From an uncultured Candidatus Saccharibacteria bacterium (GTDB taxonomy: Bacteria; Patescibacteriota; Saccharimonadia; Saccharimonadales; JAGQNJ01), in the NCBI GenBank assembly GCA_964590205.1, contig CAZPVO010000001.1:111873-175872 (forward strand): a stretch of DNA of 64,000 nt. Reading direction: 5' to 3'. Numbering within the stretch: the stretch's first letter is position 1; each line of letters starts with the position of its first letter. Position numbers and translations under genes: made by a program. Shown in pieces: positions 41,289 to 50,367 of the stretch. The notes under the pieces were generated by a model. That model was not told where the DNA came from and did no database searches. It saw nothing but the letters and a program-made list of their open reading frames with translations.

Positions 41289-43910
41289 TTATTGAGTGGC
41301 TTGATATTGCCGGCCCAGGTACTTGGTGTAAACCATAGCTAGTCGACATGGTGTTTTTTGTGCGACACAGACATTGCCATCGAGATCTGCGTAAGCCAGG
41401 AATGCAGCTCTCTTATCTTCTAAATCTTGTCCAAAAACATTTTCAGGTCGTGCGGCGATCGGGTAACCGCGGTAAAATTTAATGACTGTATGTTGAGAAT
41501 TCGGCTCACTACTGTACTCATGAAAAGCTGTAGTCGCATAATGCCCGGTTGCGATGTGATCGCTGTGATCGGGTGGAAATTCACTCATGTCTTGTGCTTG
41601 AGTACGAATTTCTGCCGGTTCGTAGGCTTTCATTAAATTAACGAGCGCAAGAGTTAACTCAACGTTAGTATAGTCCGAAAACCCATCAACTGATTTGATC
41701 ATTGGGATTCTTCCCATTTGTAACTTTTTAAGACTTTCATCATTTGTGCGAGCAAAGCCCTGGCCTTTTGTATTTCCATCAGGCAGGTGAAGAAAAATGA
41801 GTGATATTTTGGGGTTACCACGGGGGTTGGCAATGGTAATAAACTGATTGTCTGCTAGCTTTACGACCCGTTGGACCCATATAACTGACGGATCAATACC
41901 GGCCATTTTTGTGTAAGCAGCTTCGGAAGCTTTCTCACGGCTGATCCAGTAGAACTCTTTATTGCCAGCATCTCCGGCCGTTACGTAAACTGTTCGCACG
42001 CAATTTTTGGCATGGATATCGTGAACTAGGTCCGGACTTGCAAATAAAAGATCATCATCCTGATGTGCAACGATGTTCATAATTGTTTGACCATCACAAG
42101 TTTTGTTTGGCAATAGATCTAAACCAATCGGTGTAACCGTACTTGGTTTTGGCAAGACAGCGGCTGGCGCACTATGATGAGCACCAGCGTCATAAAAGAG
42201 AAGCATTTCTTTTGGCTGATCAGGCGTTCCAGCGATAACCGTGCTCGAGTTTGGGCGCGCAAACTGATCGAGAACTTCTTGCAGCGAACAGCTTTTGTAG
42301 TTTATGTTGTCTGCATCAAAACTCAACAGATAGGCAAAACTGTGCTGATCAAGATTGACTTGCCAATTTTTGCTACTTAATACTTCACGGGCATGATCGC
42401 AACTATCAAGGGGCAGGACGTTGATGGTATTACTTGAATGTCCTTTGATTGGTACAATTCGCCAGTAATCGCCCACCAGATAGTCAACATGATGTTCCTG
42501 CAATGCTTTCACGACTTTGTCATTACGCTGTGTGGTTTCGCTCATTGCATTAGTCTGTTGAGTGTATAACTGCCAGGCCCGAAAACCGCCGCACACAACC
42601 GACAAGGTAAGTACGATGCCAACGATAATAAACTTGCGACGATCAACTCGAACCCAAGTACTTAAATAGACGCTAGCTGCAATAAATGCAGCAAAGACTG
42701 TAATGCTTAAGTATCGAGAATCAACCGGATAATAATGATTACTGCCCACGAAAACTGCAACTGCGGTCAAACTTGCTGCTACCAGCATAATAGCAAGGTT
42801 AAGATGGTTTGTTTGGTGACTCTTTGTTTGCTTTTTGGTAAAACCTAAGCGGAGGACACGGTACACGCAGAACAACGCGAAACCAACGATTGCAAGATTG
42901 ACCAGGTAAGCAACTATCCCTAAGCTTAACAATCCTTGTGCCATCTGATGCGGAATTGCACGAACAACATGTGTGTCTGCAGCTGGATTGGCTCCAAAGT
43001 TTGTTAATGTGCCTAGTACAGCGTGAACTCCGCCAGAACCTGCTTGTTTTATAGTTGTGATATGGCCGTATGGCCCGGCGATTGATGAGCTGGAACTAAA
43101 TGTTGTAGTGTGAGTTTTTGCAATAGCCCACAGCAAAAGATTACCGCCAAGCGCACCAAGAACACTTGTTAACAACCACTTTGCTGCCAAAACTGTTTGT
43201 TCACGACGACGGAAAACGGCAAAGCTAACCAGGCAAATCAGAGCACCGCCAATGCTGAGTGACATAAAAAGTTTGTCGCTGGCAACTATGATTGTAAGCA
43301 GCAAAGCAGAGCTCCATATTCTCCAACTCTTTAGCTTCGGGTTAGTAATGAGTAACCAAATACTGGCAATAAATAAAAGATATTCAAAGTTCCGAGTAGT
43401 TAGCATCGCCATGTTAACTGGCAAAATTGCCCCAGCGTAAGGTTGAGCAGGGACAACCATCAAAACGGAGGCCAAAGCAAGATAAATGGTACCTAGTACA
43501 ATTGGTCGTATTTCGATTCGCTGTAGCATGAATGCAAAAACACCCACCGTTATAAGCGTAGTGCAAACAGTTGCAATCAAAACATTTGTTGGTGTAATGC
43601 CTGAAAATTTTATCAGCAAAAATATCGGCCATTTGAACAACATGGTATGCGACAACGGAAATACGGCTTTATGAAAAGTATCGAGGCTTTCAAATAAATA
43701 CAGATTAATTAGTTGGTCGGCATTTTTTGCATGAGTGAGCGCGCTCAGGGCTGACCAATAAGCACTTGTTGCCAACAGGACAATAAGAGAGGCCCCTCGA
43801 AATAATCGATCCCACCATGGCCATCTTGAACCAGCCGGCTTGTGCTCAGCTTTTTTAGCTCTCGCTTTCACCGGAGCTGGTCGTTTTTTGGCGGCCGGCT
43901 TCTTTGCCAT
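41289..43910 (-). CDS. fusion protein: polytopic membrane domain (~450 aa, GT-C/Gtr-type-like) plus a C-terminal PIG-L/LmbE-family deacetylase
   Basis: More than 10 TM helices in residues 40-450. The PIG-L motifs 'IVAHQDDDLLF' and 'PPDHSDHIATGHYA' lie in the C-terminal ~260 aa (nt 41289-42085). Confidence 0.7.
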   Translation of the reverse strand: MAKKPAAKKRPAPVKARAKKAEHKPAGSRWPWWDRLFRGASLIVLLATSAYWSALSALTHAKNADQLINLYLFESLDTFHKAVFPLSHTMLFKWPIFLLIKFSGITPTNVLIATVCTTLITVGVFAFMLQRIEIRPIVLGTIYLALASVLMVVPAQPYAGAILPVNMAMLTTRNFEYLLFIASIWLLITNPKLKSWRIWSSALLLTIIVASDKLFMSLSIGGALICLVSFAVFRRREQTVLAAKWLLTSVLGALGGNLLLWAIAKTHTTTFSSSSSIAGPYGHITTIKQAGSGGVHAVLGTLTNFGANPAADTHVVRAIPHQMAQGLLSLGIVAYLVNLAIVGFALFCVYRVLRLGFTKKQTKSHQTNHLNLAIMLVAASLTAVAVFVGSNHYYPVDSRYLSITVFAAFIAASVYLSTWVRVDRRKFIIVGIVLTLSVVCGGFRAWQLYTQQTNAMSETTQRNDKVVKALQEHHVDYLVGDYWRIVPIKGHSSNTINVLPLDSCDHAREVLSSKNWQVNLDQHSFAYLLSFDADNINYKSCSLQEVLDQFARPNSSTVIAGTPDQPKEMLLFYDAGAHHSAPAAVLPKPSTVTPIGLDLLPNKTCDGQTIMNIVAHQDDDLLFASPDLVHDIHAKNCVRTVYVTAGDAGNKEFYWISREKASEAAYTKMAGIDPSVIWVQRVVKLADNQFITIANPRGNPKISLIFLHLPDGNTKGQGFARTNDESLKKLQMGRIPMIKSVDGFSDYTNVELTLALVNLMKAYEPAEIRTQAQDMSEFPPDHSDHIATGHYATTAFHEYSSEPNSQHTVIKFYRGYPIAARPENVFGQDLEDKRAAFLAYADLDGNVCVAQKTPCRLAMVYTKYLGRQYQATQ

Positions 43911-44307
43911 GTAATCCTTTATCCCTGAATATCTTCCTATAAATAATAAAATTCCATATCGTAATAATCAATATTGCAATTGTACGAATTATATACACCG
44001 AAATGCGTGGAGTAAAAATCCAGACTAATCCCAGTGTAAAGAAATAATTAAATCCCACCAGGACGCTATAGCTGAGTAGTTGCTTAGCTAAAATTTTGGG
44101 GTGCTTGTGGTAATTTTGAAATGTAATAATTTTCTGCAGAGTGAAAGCCATAAAAAAACCAACCCAAAAACTTATAGCTACAGAATTAACAGCGCTGAGC
44201 CCAAGAAAATGATGTAAACAAAATAAAACGACCATTTCAATGGCATACGAGGTGCCGCCTGCAATAAAGTAGCGAACCCAGGTTTTCTTAAGAATCTGAT
44301 GTATCAT
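43855..44307 (-). CDS. GtrA-family membrane protein (polyprenyl-phosphate-sugar translocation)
   Basis: 'WVRYFIAGGTSYAIEMVVLFCL' and 4 TM helices. The 3' end overlaps the next gene's start by 56 nt. Confidence 0.75.
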   Translation of the reverse strand: MIHQILKKTWVRYFIAGGTSYAIEMVVLFCLHHFLGLSAVNSVAISFWVGFFMAFTLQKIITFQNYHKHPKILAKQLLSYSVLVGFNYFFTLGLVWIFTPRISVYIIRTIAILIITIWNFIIYRKIFRDKGLHGKEAGRQKTTSSGESES

Positions 44308-45271
44308 CAATGCCTGCGGATTTTTTCTTATCAATAATATAAAGCGGCCGCTGTTTGACCTGATTGCTAATATGCACGATATAGAGTGAGAGAATCCCTT
44401 GGGCCATTAAGAGTATGCCAACTAAAAATAAAATGAGGGTTCCTAGCATGGCTGTACCAGTAAAACGCCAACCAAGCGGATCATCAAGAACAAGCTGTTC
44501 AATAAAAACGGCTACCCCGAGCACGAAAGAACTGAGCGTAATAAAGATACCGAGGTATCCAAAAACATAGAGCGGTAACGGTGTCATTGACACAAAACTA
44601 TTCGTTGCCAGCCCAACAAGCTTGCGGTTGTTATACGTTGCAGTGCCGTGTGCGCGCTGGTTTGGATCAAAGTGGATGTACTCGCGTTTAAAGCCGAGCC
44701 AATCAATCAGGCCACGTGTTATACGGCCGGTTTCGGATAACTGGCTAAAGGCATCGGCAACTTTCTGATCAATAAGTCTAAAATCAGTTGAGCCAGGAAT
44801 AAGTTTTTGATTTGTGCTGCGATTAAAGGCTTTATAAAAAATGCTCGAACCCATACGTTTGGTCAGCTTTTCACTGCTGTCGTTAGTGCGAATACCAACC
44901 ACAACTTCGGCACCATCTTCCCACTTCTTAACAAATTCCGGAATTAGTTTCACCGGATGTTGGCCATCACCATCCAGCATAATAACGGCTTGACCGTGTG
45001 CAGCTGCGATGCCAGCACTCAGAGCGCTTTCTTTGCCAAAGTTTCGCGATAGTCGCAGGATTTTAACATTGGAATTTTGTGAGCGTAACTCATTTAAAAT
45101 ATCATCGGTATCATCTGTACTGCCGTCATTAACGTAAATAAGCTCATATTGGTAAGATAACTTTCCAAGAACGGCAACGAGTGACTTATGGAACTCTCTT
45201 AGCCCATCGGCTTCATTATGAAGTGGCACAACTATAGATAAAGATTTTGTTGACATATAAACTCTTAGCAC
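44288..45271 (-). CDS. family-2 glycosyltransferase, polyprenyl-phosphate glycosyltransferase type (GtrB/DPM1/ArnC-like)
   Basis: 'SIVVPLHNE', 'YVNDGSTDDT', 'MLDGDGQHP', plus two C-terminal TM helices. Confidence 0.85.
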   Translation of the reverse strand: MLRVYMSTKSLSIVVPLHNEADGLREFHKSLVAVLGKLSYQYELIYVNDGSTDDTDDILNELRSQNSNVKILRLSRNFGKESALSAGIAAAHGQAVIMLDGDGQHPVKLIPEFVKKWEDGAEVVVGIRTNDSSEKLTKRMGSSIFYKAFNRSTNQKLIPGSTDFRLIDQKVADAFSQLSETGRITRGLIDWLGFKREYIHFDPNQRAHGTATYNNRKLVGLATNSFVSMTPLPLYVFGYLGIFITLSSFVLGVAVFIEQLVLDDPLGWRFTGTAMLGTLILFLVGILLMAQGILSLYIVHISNQVKQRPLYIIDKKKSAGIDDTSDS

Positions 45272-45322
45272 AAGTATATCACCTTAGAAACAAAGATTTC
45301 TGAACGAGAGTGGTGTAAGCTT

Positions 45323-45328
45323 TATGGT
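45323..45328 (+). promoter_or_regulatory. -10 TATGGT 6 nt upstream of ATG 45335
   Basis: Sequence reads cttTATGGTatgcgcATG. Confidence 0.35.
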
Positions 45329-45334
45329 ATGCGC

Positions 45335-45982
45335 ATGTTAAAACGTGTCGAAACCTTCAACGATAAGTACCCGCTGGTGGGACCAGAGTTTTGGATGTTG
45401 AGCGTACAGTACTTCTTAGTGCAGTTTATAGCGACGCTTGCCTGGGTTTCTCCCTTTAGTTTGTCTCATAATCCGATAAGTGACCTCGGAAACACGGCAT
45501 GCGGTTTTTACTCGGGACGCTTGGTCTGTTCACCGCTACACATGTTAATGAACGCATCGTTTGTTATGCTTGGCTGCACAATCGTGGCTGGATCGATACT
45601 TATTTATCAGGAATTCAAAGAGACCGAAGGAAGCTTGATTGGCTTTGGGCTTATGGGCCTTGCGGGTATTGGCAGTATTCTTGTTGGTTTATTTCCTGAA
45701 AATACAATCGGTTTTCTACACAGCGTCGGCGCACTTCTGCCATTTTTATTCGGTAATCTTGCGCTTGTTGTGCTTGGTTTTGCGCTTGATCTGCCCAAAG
45801 CTTTTAAATTCTACACTATACTTTCGGGTCTAGTAGGGCTGACCGGCATGGTTCTTTTTACCCTTCAGATATATGCAGGTCTTGGCGAGGGTGGTATGGA
45901 ACGCATCGCGGCTTATCCGCAAACAATTTGGCTGATTGCTTTTGGCATTTATATGATGCGTAGCCACTATCGATCTGAATAG
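45335..45982 (+). CDS. polytopic membrane protein (DUF998-like)
   Basis: Six TM helices. The family assignment is a tentative recollection. Confidence 0.5.
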   Translation: MLKRVETFNDKYPLVGPEFWMLSVQYFLVQFIATLAWVSPFSLSHNPISDLGNTACGFYSGRLVCSPLHMLMNASFVMLGCTIVAGSILIYQEFKETEGSLIGFGLMGLAGIGSILVGLFPENTIGFLHSVGALLPFLFGNLALVVLGFALDLPKAFKFYTILSGLVGLTGMVLFTLQIYAGLGEGGMERIAAYPQTIWLIAFGIYMMRSHYRSE

Positions 45983-45984
45983 AC

Positions 45985-46761
45985 TCACGCAGCGTGTTGT
46001 TCACGGAGATGATCAAGACAGCTTTGGATGCCTTCAGCTGCGATAGAAGTTAGATCATAAGGGTCCATGTCGGCCGTAACGTGTATTAATTCACCAGTGT
46101 AAATTTCGCCATGACGACGTCCTTTTGGATAGGCAGAAGCTTGTGGCAGAACGGCCACAGAGCTTGGATACGGCTCATCACTTTCTGCGATAAGCTGAGC
46201 AGCGCCAGTGGCAATGCGGCCAATACCGGTTTTCGGTTTGCCGCTTAATATGTATGGATCACCTTCGCGCCTTCTTGTGCCTTGAATAAAAACTAAGTGA
46301 TGCTGTCCGCGTGCAACAAGCTCTGTGCTGGTCTCAACTTGCCTCATGCGCGCGTAATCCCCAAGCTCTGAAGAATCGTCTTCTTGACGGACACCAGGAA
46401 TACCGCCAGCAAATGAAATGAACCATCCTTTAGCTCGATTGCGAAATAATGGAATCTTGGCAATAGCTCGGCCGTTGTAGCCTATACGTTTAAGCACTGG
46501 GTCGCGACTGACGGAACCGGCAAAGCCAAACGGATCGAATGCGCTGTAATGGTTGCTTCCCATTACCAGGACACCATTATTGTTGAGATGCTCCGTAATC
46601 GCTTCGGGATTTTGATGGGTAATGTGATGCTTCAAAGCAATACCCATCAAATGATAGGCTGCCATGGTGAGCCTTGGATGAATCACCTGATCATTATACT
46701 GCCCGTAAACTGTATCAATTTGTTCACGACTTTCAGGAAAATGTTTAAGTGATTCTCGCAT
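45985..46761 (-). CDS. lysophospholipid (1-acyl-glycerol-3-phosphate-type) acyltransferase
   Basis: Hx4D motif 'NHYSAFD' and 'FIQGTRR' (cf. FPEGTR). Confidence 0.6.
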   Translation of the reverse strand: MRESLKHFPESREQIDTVYGQYNDQVIHPRLTMAAYHLMGIALKHHITHQNPEAITEHLNNNGVLVMGSNHYSAFDPFGFAGSVSRDPVLKRIGYNGRAIAKIPLFRNRAKGWFISFAGGIPGVRQEDDSSELGDYARMRQVETSTELVARGQHHLVFIQGTRRREGDPYILSGKPKTGIGRIATGAAQLIAESDEPYPSSVAVLPQASAYPKGRRHGEIYTGELIHVTADMDPYDLTSIAAEGIQSCLDHLREQHAA

Positions 46762-46768
46762 GGTTTTC

Positions 46769-46777
46769 AGCGTATCA
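46769..46777 (-). promoter_or_regulatory. extended -10 (TGaTACGCT) 7 nt upstream of ATG 46761
   Basis: Reverse complement of 46769-46777. Confidence 0.45.
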
Positions 46778-46811
46778 CGTGCATATCAAATAAACACAAG
46801 CGCTGGGTGTG

Positions 46812-47207
46812 TTAGCGTTTTGGCTGGAGAATGCTGACCCGGTTGCCTTCGGAATCTTCAAATGAAACCCACAAACCGATTCCAGGAATGTCTTGCGGCT
46901 CGCGCAGGACTTTACCACCGGCAGCTTTCACGTCGGCCATAGCCTTATCTAAATCATCAACCGAAATCACAACTGACGGTTCCTTGGAGGCATCAGTCAT
47001 ATTAAGGTCATAAAATCCGCCGTTGATCGTGCCCGGAGTTTTGACCATGCGATCTTCACCAGTCTCGGCAGTGTAGGCGGTGATGTAATTGCCCATGTCT
47101 GGACCGGTTTCATTCATTTGCCAACCGAAGGCTTTTTTATAGAACTGCGCTACTCTTTTTGCGTCTTTGTATGGCATTTCAAAATGCACAACTGGATTTT
47201 CGCTCAT
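46812..47207 (-). CDS. VOC family (glyoxalase/bleomycin-resistance fold) protein
   Basis: 'VVHFEMPYKDAKRVAQFYKKAFGW...GLWVSFEDSEGNRVSILQ'. AAGGAGGG Shine-Dalgarno. Confidence 0.7.
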   Translation of the reverse strand: MSENPVVHFEMPYKDAKRVAQFYKKAFGWQMNETGPDMGNYITAYTAETGEDRMVKTPGTINGGFYDLNMTDASKEPSVVISVDDLDKAMADVKAAGGKVLREPQDIPGIGLWVSFEDSEGNRVSILQPKR

Positions 47208-47288
47208 AGTCCCTCCTTACACTTACTTACATCTATAGTCTACACCGTAAAAGTTGTGTTTACTATGATTCAGTAATGAGAGTTTTGA

Positions 47289-48953
47289 CTAAAGTATGAC
47301 AGCTTGGTTGGCTGTGACATTCAGGTGTTGACCATTAAATATAGCTGGTCCTGTGTCTTCCCAAACATTATTACCTTTTACATCTACAAATCCGGTGTTA
47401 CCGTAAGAATCATTCTGACGATAGAAGCGGTTAGCTACGATCTTCAATTGTGCACCAGGGTAGCAAGGCTGCTCTTCGTGAGTGCCCTCCTTGAAGAAGC
47501 TTGTCCAGTAAGTATTACGTCCATCTATCCAGTTATTTTGAATTGTGATCGTGTCCATACATGGATTAGGATTCCAAAGTGTCTCACCTCCCATTTGGAA
47601 GGATTTATCTGGCCCTAAGCCACCGTATGGCCCTTGCACAATCCCGGGAAGGACTATATTGTTGCCAACTATAATTGCATCGTCTACCATACCGCCCTGA
47701 ATTTGCATGCCATCGTTATGGCTACCATCACAGCCAGCGCATTGTGGTGGCTGAATCGTGTTGTCGTGAAGGTAGTTAAACTCAAATGTACCGCCATTAT
47801 ATTTGATAAGATCAACACAGTGGCTCAAGTCAGAATAGCGCAAGGTTGTTTTAACCCCCCAAGTGGTGAAACAGGCTTCAGTAGTACTGCTACCAATAAA
47901 GTCGAGGTGTTCACCAGTAAAATTGTCTGCTCTGTTGCCGATATCGGTGATGAGTAGTCCGAACGGATAACCATTTTTAAAGCGACTGTTTTTAATGGTT
48001 ACGTAGTCGCCGCTAACTGTCACTTGACCATCGAAGTCGCAGTTTTCAATAACATAAGGCTTTTCGGCTGTACCAGATTGGGTAATTTCGCCAGCAGAAC
48101 AAGAATGTAATGCGCCGTAATCAGTAACACCAGTATCTGGATTAGTAGCGCTTGGTTTCCAGCTAACATTTGCTGCCTGTGCGGTGTTAGTAATTTCTGG
48201 AGGCAGGCCAGTTACCGGTGGAGGACCTGTTGGTGGCGGTGGTGGCGGTGGTATAACAACTGTGCTATCAGCCACAAAAGCAACATCAACCCAGTAATTA
48301 GAAGCCTGATAGGTGTTGGTTGGAAAAGTCTTTGAACTACTATATGCGTACACTCCGTTACCACCGGCGCTGCCACTAGAAGGGGCGCTTAACTGACCTT
48401 CCGCTGACACATAATTAGCATTAAAGAAACCATTATCGGCCGAATAATGACCCGAATCGGTGTGATATGAAACAATATATGTTTTGCCAGCTTCGATAGG
48501 GATAGCTTTAGGTAAGGTAACATGTTGCCACCCCGAAGCGGTCTCATTCTTGAAAACGGCAGATGCAAGAAGCGTTCCATCGGTTTTCCATAAACTAGCC
48601 GTATGGAGACCAGTATTATTGGGACCTTTATAAAATTTAAGCCGAGTAATTTTACCTTTGCTTGCAGCTGTAAACTTAACCCCTAACTCAACCGACTTAG
48701 GGTCTGCAACATCTGCCACCTTTGGCTTAGCAGTGCTTTTGAATAAATGATATGTTGGGACGGCCGCAAAACTTCGAAATGTAAGCCCAACACCAACAAC
48801 AACAAAAACTGCGACAAAAAGAACTAGTTTTGAGTGCGTTGCAAAAAATCCTGATAACCGTTTCTTAGACCTAGATTTTTTCGTATTTTTAGAAACACTT
48901 AATCCAAAGATTCGCTTGGTTTTCATATTTTTACTGGCTTTCTTTTTTGGCAT
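47289..48953 (-). CDS. secreted/anchored DUF4082-domain protein with a poly-Pro linker and a Cys/Gly/Asn-rich C-terminal domain
   Basis: Basic N-terminus plus a TM helix. 'ELGVKFTA...GWQHVTL...YIVSYH...NYWVDVAF' looks DUF4082-like. PPPPPPPTGPPPVTGLPPE lies at nt ~48190-48255. Confidence 0.65.
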   Translation of the reverse strand: MPKKKASKNMKTKRIFGLSVSKNTKKSRSKKRLSGFFATHSKLVLFVAVFVVVGVGLTFRSFAAVPTYHLFKSTAKPKVADVADPKSVELGVKFTAASKGKITRLKFYKGPNNTGLHTASLWKTDGTLLASAVFKNETASGWQHVTLPKAIPIEAGKTYIVSYHTDSGHYSADNGFFNANYVSAEGQLSAPSSGSAGGNGVYAYSSSKTFPTNTYQASNYWVDVAFVADSTVVIPPPPPPPTGPPPVTGLPPEITNTAQAANVSWKPSATNPDTGVTDYGALHSCSAGEITQSGTAEKPYVIENCDFDGQVTVSGDYVTIKNSRFKNGYPFGLLITDIGNRADNFTGEHLDFIGSSTTEACFTTWGVKTTLRYSDLSHCVDLIKYNGGTFEFNYLHDNTIQPPQCAGCDGSHNDGMQIQGGMVDDAIIVGNNIVLPGIVQGPYGGLGPDKSFQMGGETLWNPNPCMDTITIQNNWIDGRNTYWTSFFKEGTHEEQPCYPGAQLKIVANRFYRQNDSYGNTGFVDVKGNNVWEDTGPAIFNGQHLNVTANQAVIL

Positions 48954-49029
48954 TTTTTATTGCTAGTTTATTTCTTATCTATATATAAGCATAAACAGAG
49001 CAATATGTACATCATTCATGACTAATTTT

Positions 49030-49047
49030 TGGCTGGGGTGGAAGGAT
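49030..49047 (-). repeat. 18-nt exact copy of the tRNA-Gln 3' end (ATCCTTCCACCCCAGCCA)
   Basis: Identical to 49178-49195. The copies are 148 bp apart in direct orientation. Confidence 0.8.
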
Positions 49048-49144
49048 AATCGCACGTTAATCTGTGCGCCGTGTATACTCGGGCATCAGACTAACGACAG
49101 AACCTCGACTACGTCGCACGGTTCTCATACTACAACTCAAGCAC

Positions 49145-49172
49145 GAAAAAAGACCAGCAGATGCTGATCTTT
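49145..49172 (-). terminator. rho-independent terminator after tRNA-Gln
   Basis: Stem AGA-C-CAGC/GCTG-A-TCT with one mismatch, followed on the minus strand by TTTTTT. Confidence 0.55.
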
Positions 49173-49177
49173 CTTCG

Positions 49178-49251
49178 TGGCTGGGGTGGAAGGATTCGAA
49201 CCTACGATCACGGGACCAGAACCCGTTGCCTTACCACTTGGCTACACCCCA
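49178..49251 (-). tRNA. tRNA-Gln(CTG)
   Basis: Acceptor TGGGGTG/CACCCCA, anticodon loop TTCTGGT, T-loop TTCGAAT, G73, encoded CCA. One U-U mismatch in the T-stem. Confidence 0.85.
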
Positions 49252-49414
49252 TCGTCGAAGCGTAATTGTTAGATTGCCAAACTGACGACAAAACAAGTTT
49301 GCTCGCCAGTATTAGCAACCCAACAAAGTTTTCTCCTCGCAAAATTGTGAATCCTCTCACAATTTTGAAACTAATTCAAAAAGAACAGGGGTAATTATAC
49401 TAAAGATATTGATT

Positions 49415-50269
49415 TTATTGTAGGGTGAAATTGCTTATAAACTTAGGGCCGTTTGGACTGTTTGCCTGGACGTTGCCGTAAAGTAGTTCGTAAACGTTGT
49501 TTCCTTTGATTACAGTCAAGAAATTAACATAGACTGTTTGACTTTGCCTGGTTATTGACCCAGTGTAGCTATATGCTGGCAGACCACTGACAGTTGTTTT
49601 GGTAATGGCTGAAACTTGACCGGCACTTTTGTCGTTATTATAAATTGTATCAAGGGTTACGCCTGAGTTATTAGGCAGTGTAGTCTTGGCAACCGCATAA
49701 CTATCGGCTCCTTTATTGGTAACAGTCCAAAGTGTTGACGGTGCTTGAATTTTGTCGGTAACGGTTACAGTCTGATTGGCGATAGTTGGCGAGGCCGGGA
49801 ACCAGGCTGAGAAACCGCCATCGGCAGATGTATAGTTTTGGTCTGCCGGTTTTGCAGCTGGGGCTGGCGAGGTACCACTGAAAGAACTTGTACTCGGGGC
49901 AGCACTATTATTTGAACTTTGATTGCTGGTCGATTGTTTAGGTGATGATTTAGGCTTTAGCAAAAATCCTACAATCACAAACATAACAATAAAGGCGATG
50001 ATGCCGCCAACAATTGCTATCCATTTTTTCTTTCCGCCTGATTTTGGCTGTGGAGGTAAACCGGCATCAAAAACATTACCGGCCGGCATTTGAGGAGCCG
50101 CTGGTTGTGGCTGAACCGGCGGCTGCATAACTTGTGGCTGAACGGGTGCGATCGGAGCGGGTTGTGGTGCAGGTGGAGGCACTGGGCCGGGAGTCGGTGA
50201 CGGTGGAATTGGCGGCTGAGGTTGCGGCGGCTGTGGCGGTTGTTGAGGTGTGAGCGGATCAGGATTCAT
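49415..50269 (-). CDS. hypothetical protein: Pro/Gln-rich N-terminus, one TM helix, Ser/Thr-rich linker, C-terminal globular domain
   Basis: ORF track. 'PQQPPQPPQPQPPIPPSPTPGP...' then the TM helix 'IAIVGGIIAFIVMFVIVGFLL'. Confidence 0.65.
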   Translation of the reverse strand: MNPDPLTPQQPPQPPQPQPPIPPSPTPGPVPPPAPQPAPIAPVQPQVMQPPVQPQPAAPQMPAGNVFDAGLPPQPKSGGKKKWIAIVGGIIAFIVMFVIVGFLLKPKSSPKQSTSNQSSNNSAAPSTSSFSGTSPAPAAKPADQNYTSADGGFSAWFPASPTIANQTVTVTDKIQAPSTLWTVTNKGADSYAVAKTTLPNNSGVTLDTIYNNDKSAGQVSAITKTTVSGLPAYSYTGSITRQSQTVYVNFLTVIKGNNVYELLYGNVQANSPNGPKFISNFTLQ

Positions 50270-50275
50270 AGCCTA

Positions 50276-50304
50276 ATGATAGTTATGCTTAAACGACCTG
50301 TCAA
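50276..50304 (-). promoter_or_regulatory. TTGACA-N17-TATCAT promoter 6 nt upstream of ATG 50269
   Basis: Reverse complement: -35 at 50299-50304, -10 at 50276-50281. Confidence 0.55.
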
Positions 50305-50367
50305 TCGAACGAGATGCAGTTACACCAATTCATTGACTATTTTGATATTTTAGTTTATTATAATTCG

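Noticed and set aside
48190-48255. Short tandem GGT/GGC repeats here, and similar runs at 50100-50260 and 54060-54139, considered as possible repeat arrays or CRISPR-like structure.
   Set aside because: They are the coding sequence (or reverse complement) of poly-Pro, Pro/Gln-rich and poly-Gly protein segments inside long ORFs. They lack any repeat-spacer periodicity.
49064-49285. 73-aa plus-strand ORF, and a 50-codon ORF starting at 49018.
   Set aside because: Both overlap tRNA-Gln, its terminator and the 18-nt tRNA-end repeat. Neither has a Shine-Dalgarno or -10 signal and both have an odd composition.
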